DNA of 64,000 nt from positions 1,449,523-1,513,522 of the forward strand of contig MU058463.1 in NCBI GenBank assembly GCA_013265495.1. Reading direction: 5' to 3'. Made by a program: the position numbers and the translations under genes. Origin of the DNA: Vicugna vicugna (lineage: Eukaryota). The notes beneath the pieces were generated by a model, which worked only from the letters and a program-made list of their open reading frames with translations, was not told the DNA's origin and did not search any database. This document shows positions 63,053 to 64,000 of this stretch, piece after piece; position 1 is the first letter of the stretch, and each line of letters begins with the position of its first letter.

Positions 63053-64000
63053 AAATGATAAAAATATTTAAACATCTCAAATAAGGAGTATGACAGTGGA
63101 GTTAGACTGATGACAGATTTGGAAGATCTTATCCAGAAAAAAACAAAAAACAAAAAACCAGACAGGGCTCAATTATGTACGTGTGATGAGAAGGACAGAT
63201 GTCAATGAAGACATTCTCCCCCATTTTTTTAAGCTAAGGTGAATGAACTGATGTTCTCAAAATTACTACATTCCACTAGAACTACTTGATATAGAGGGTT
63301 GAAAAGCCCCCTAAAGTTTCTCAGGGAGGACTTGCCAGTCCAGGGAAACACATTTTTTTCTTTGTGCCACCACACCATGCTCTTTTCTAGCAGAATATCT
63401 AGCCCCTTTCCTCAAAAACTGACCCTTTTCTCTGCAGCTGGAGTTCTACCTTCTGACACAGCCTGGCCATCTAAGGGTAGCACATACTGTCATAATGTTA
63501 ATCCACTTCAAGTTCTTCTAACCCAGACCCACTGCTTTCTCCTCCTCCTTGTGATGACTGCCATCACTTTAGAGGTCTTCATTGATCTGCCTTTTTCTTT
63601 GTCTCATATTTCTGTCATGATGCTCAATTACTTCTTCCTTTCATTTAGTTACCTAAACATTAGATACTGTTGTTACCTGTGTGGGTGAACAAAGTATAAA
63701 ACCACTTCCGCTACATCCATTTGATTACCAAATTTTCTTTGTTCTTACTTTATTTTCCTATTTTCCTTTAAAAGCTTTTACTACCACAACTAAGTAAGTG
63801 AATAACAGAATGACTATTACCTAAGAATAGGTATAGGTTTAATACCTACTGAGAAAAAATCCAAAAGTCTATAAGGAAATATCCTGAGCTTTTACTTAAA
63901 ACATTCATAACCATGTGCAGATATAAAATCAGTAGTGGGTAACTCTCTGTATTCATTAGATTTCTCACAGGTTGTGCTTAATTTCTTCTGTAATGCCTAA

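Noticed and set aside
1..64000. A novel multi-gene system, RNA genes or a recognisable host gene
   Set aside because: There are no long ORFs, no recognisable exon series, no tRNA/rRNA/snRNA motifs and no arrays. The remaining short ORFs look like chance ORFs or transposon-derived ones.

Overview
AT-rich mammalian genomic DNA, intergenic or deep-intronic, with a 748-N assembly gap. The young LINE-1 3' ends resemble cetartiodactyl L1, most likely camelid (recalled from consensus sequences, not searched), and I saw no Alu, Bov-tA/BovB, PRE-1 or CAN SINEs. I found no protein-coding exon I recognise, no RNA gene and no prokaryotic-type system. A large share of the window is transposon remnants: Tigger1 split by an L1, young and old L1s, an ERV-L pol/dUTPase remnant, MaLR/ERVL LTRs, MER5A/MER20/MER8/MER91, MIR, L2 and L3/CR1. 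The most informative signals are mechanistic. They are a 54-bp G-quadruplex-plus-poly(A) retroinsertion with a perfect 18-bp target-site duplication (TSD), a templated insertion with an inverted template switch inside an old L1, a twin-primed L1, a composite nested L1, and two near-perfect tandem duplications that may be assembly artefacts. There are also weak candidates for non-coding exons and regulatory motifs. Repeat family names come from recalled consensus sequences, and boundaries are approximate unless a TSD fixes them.
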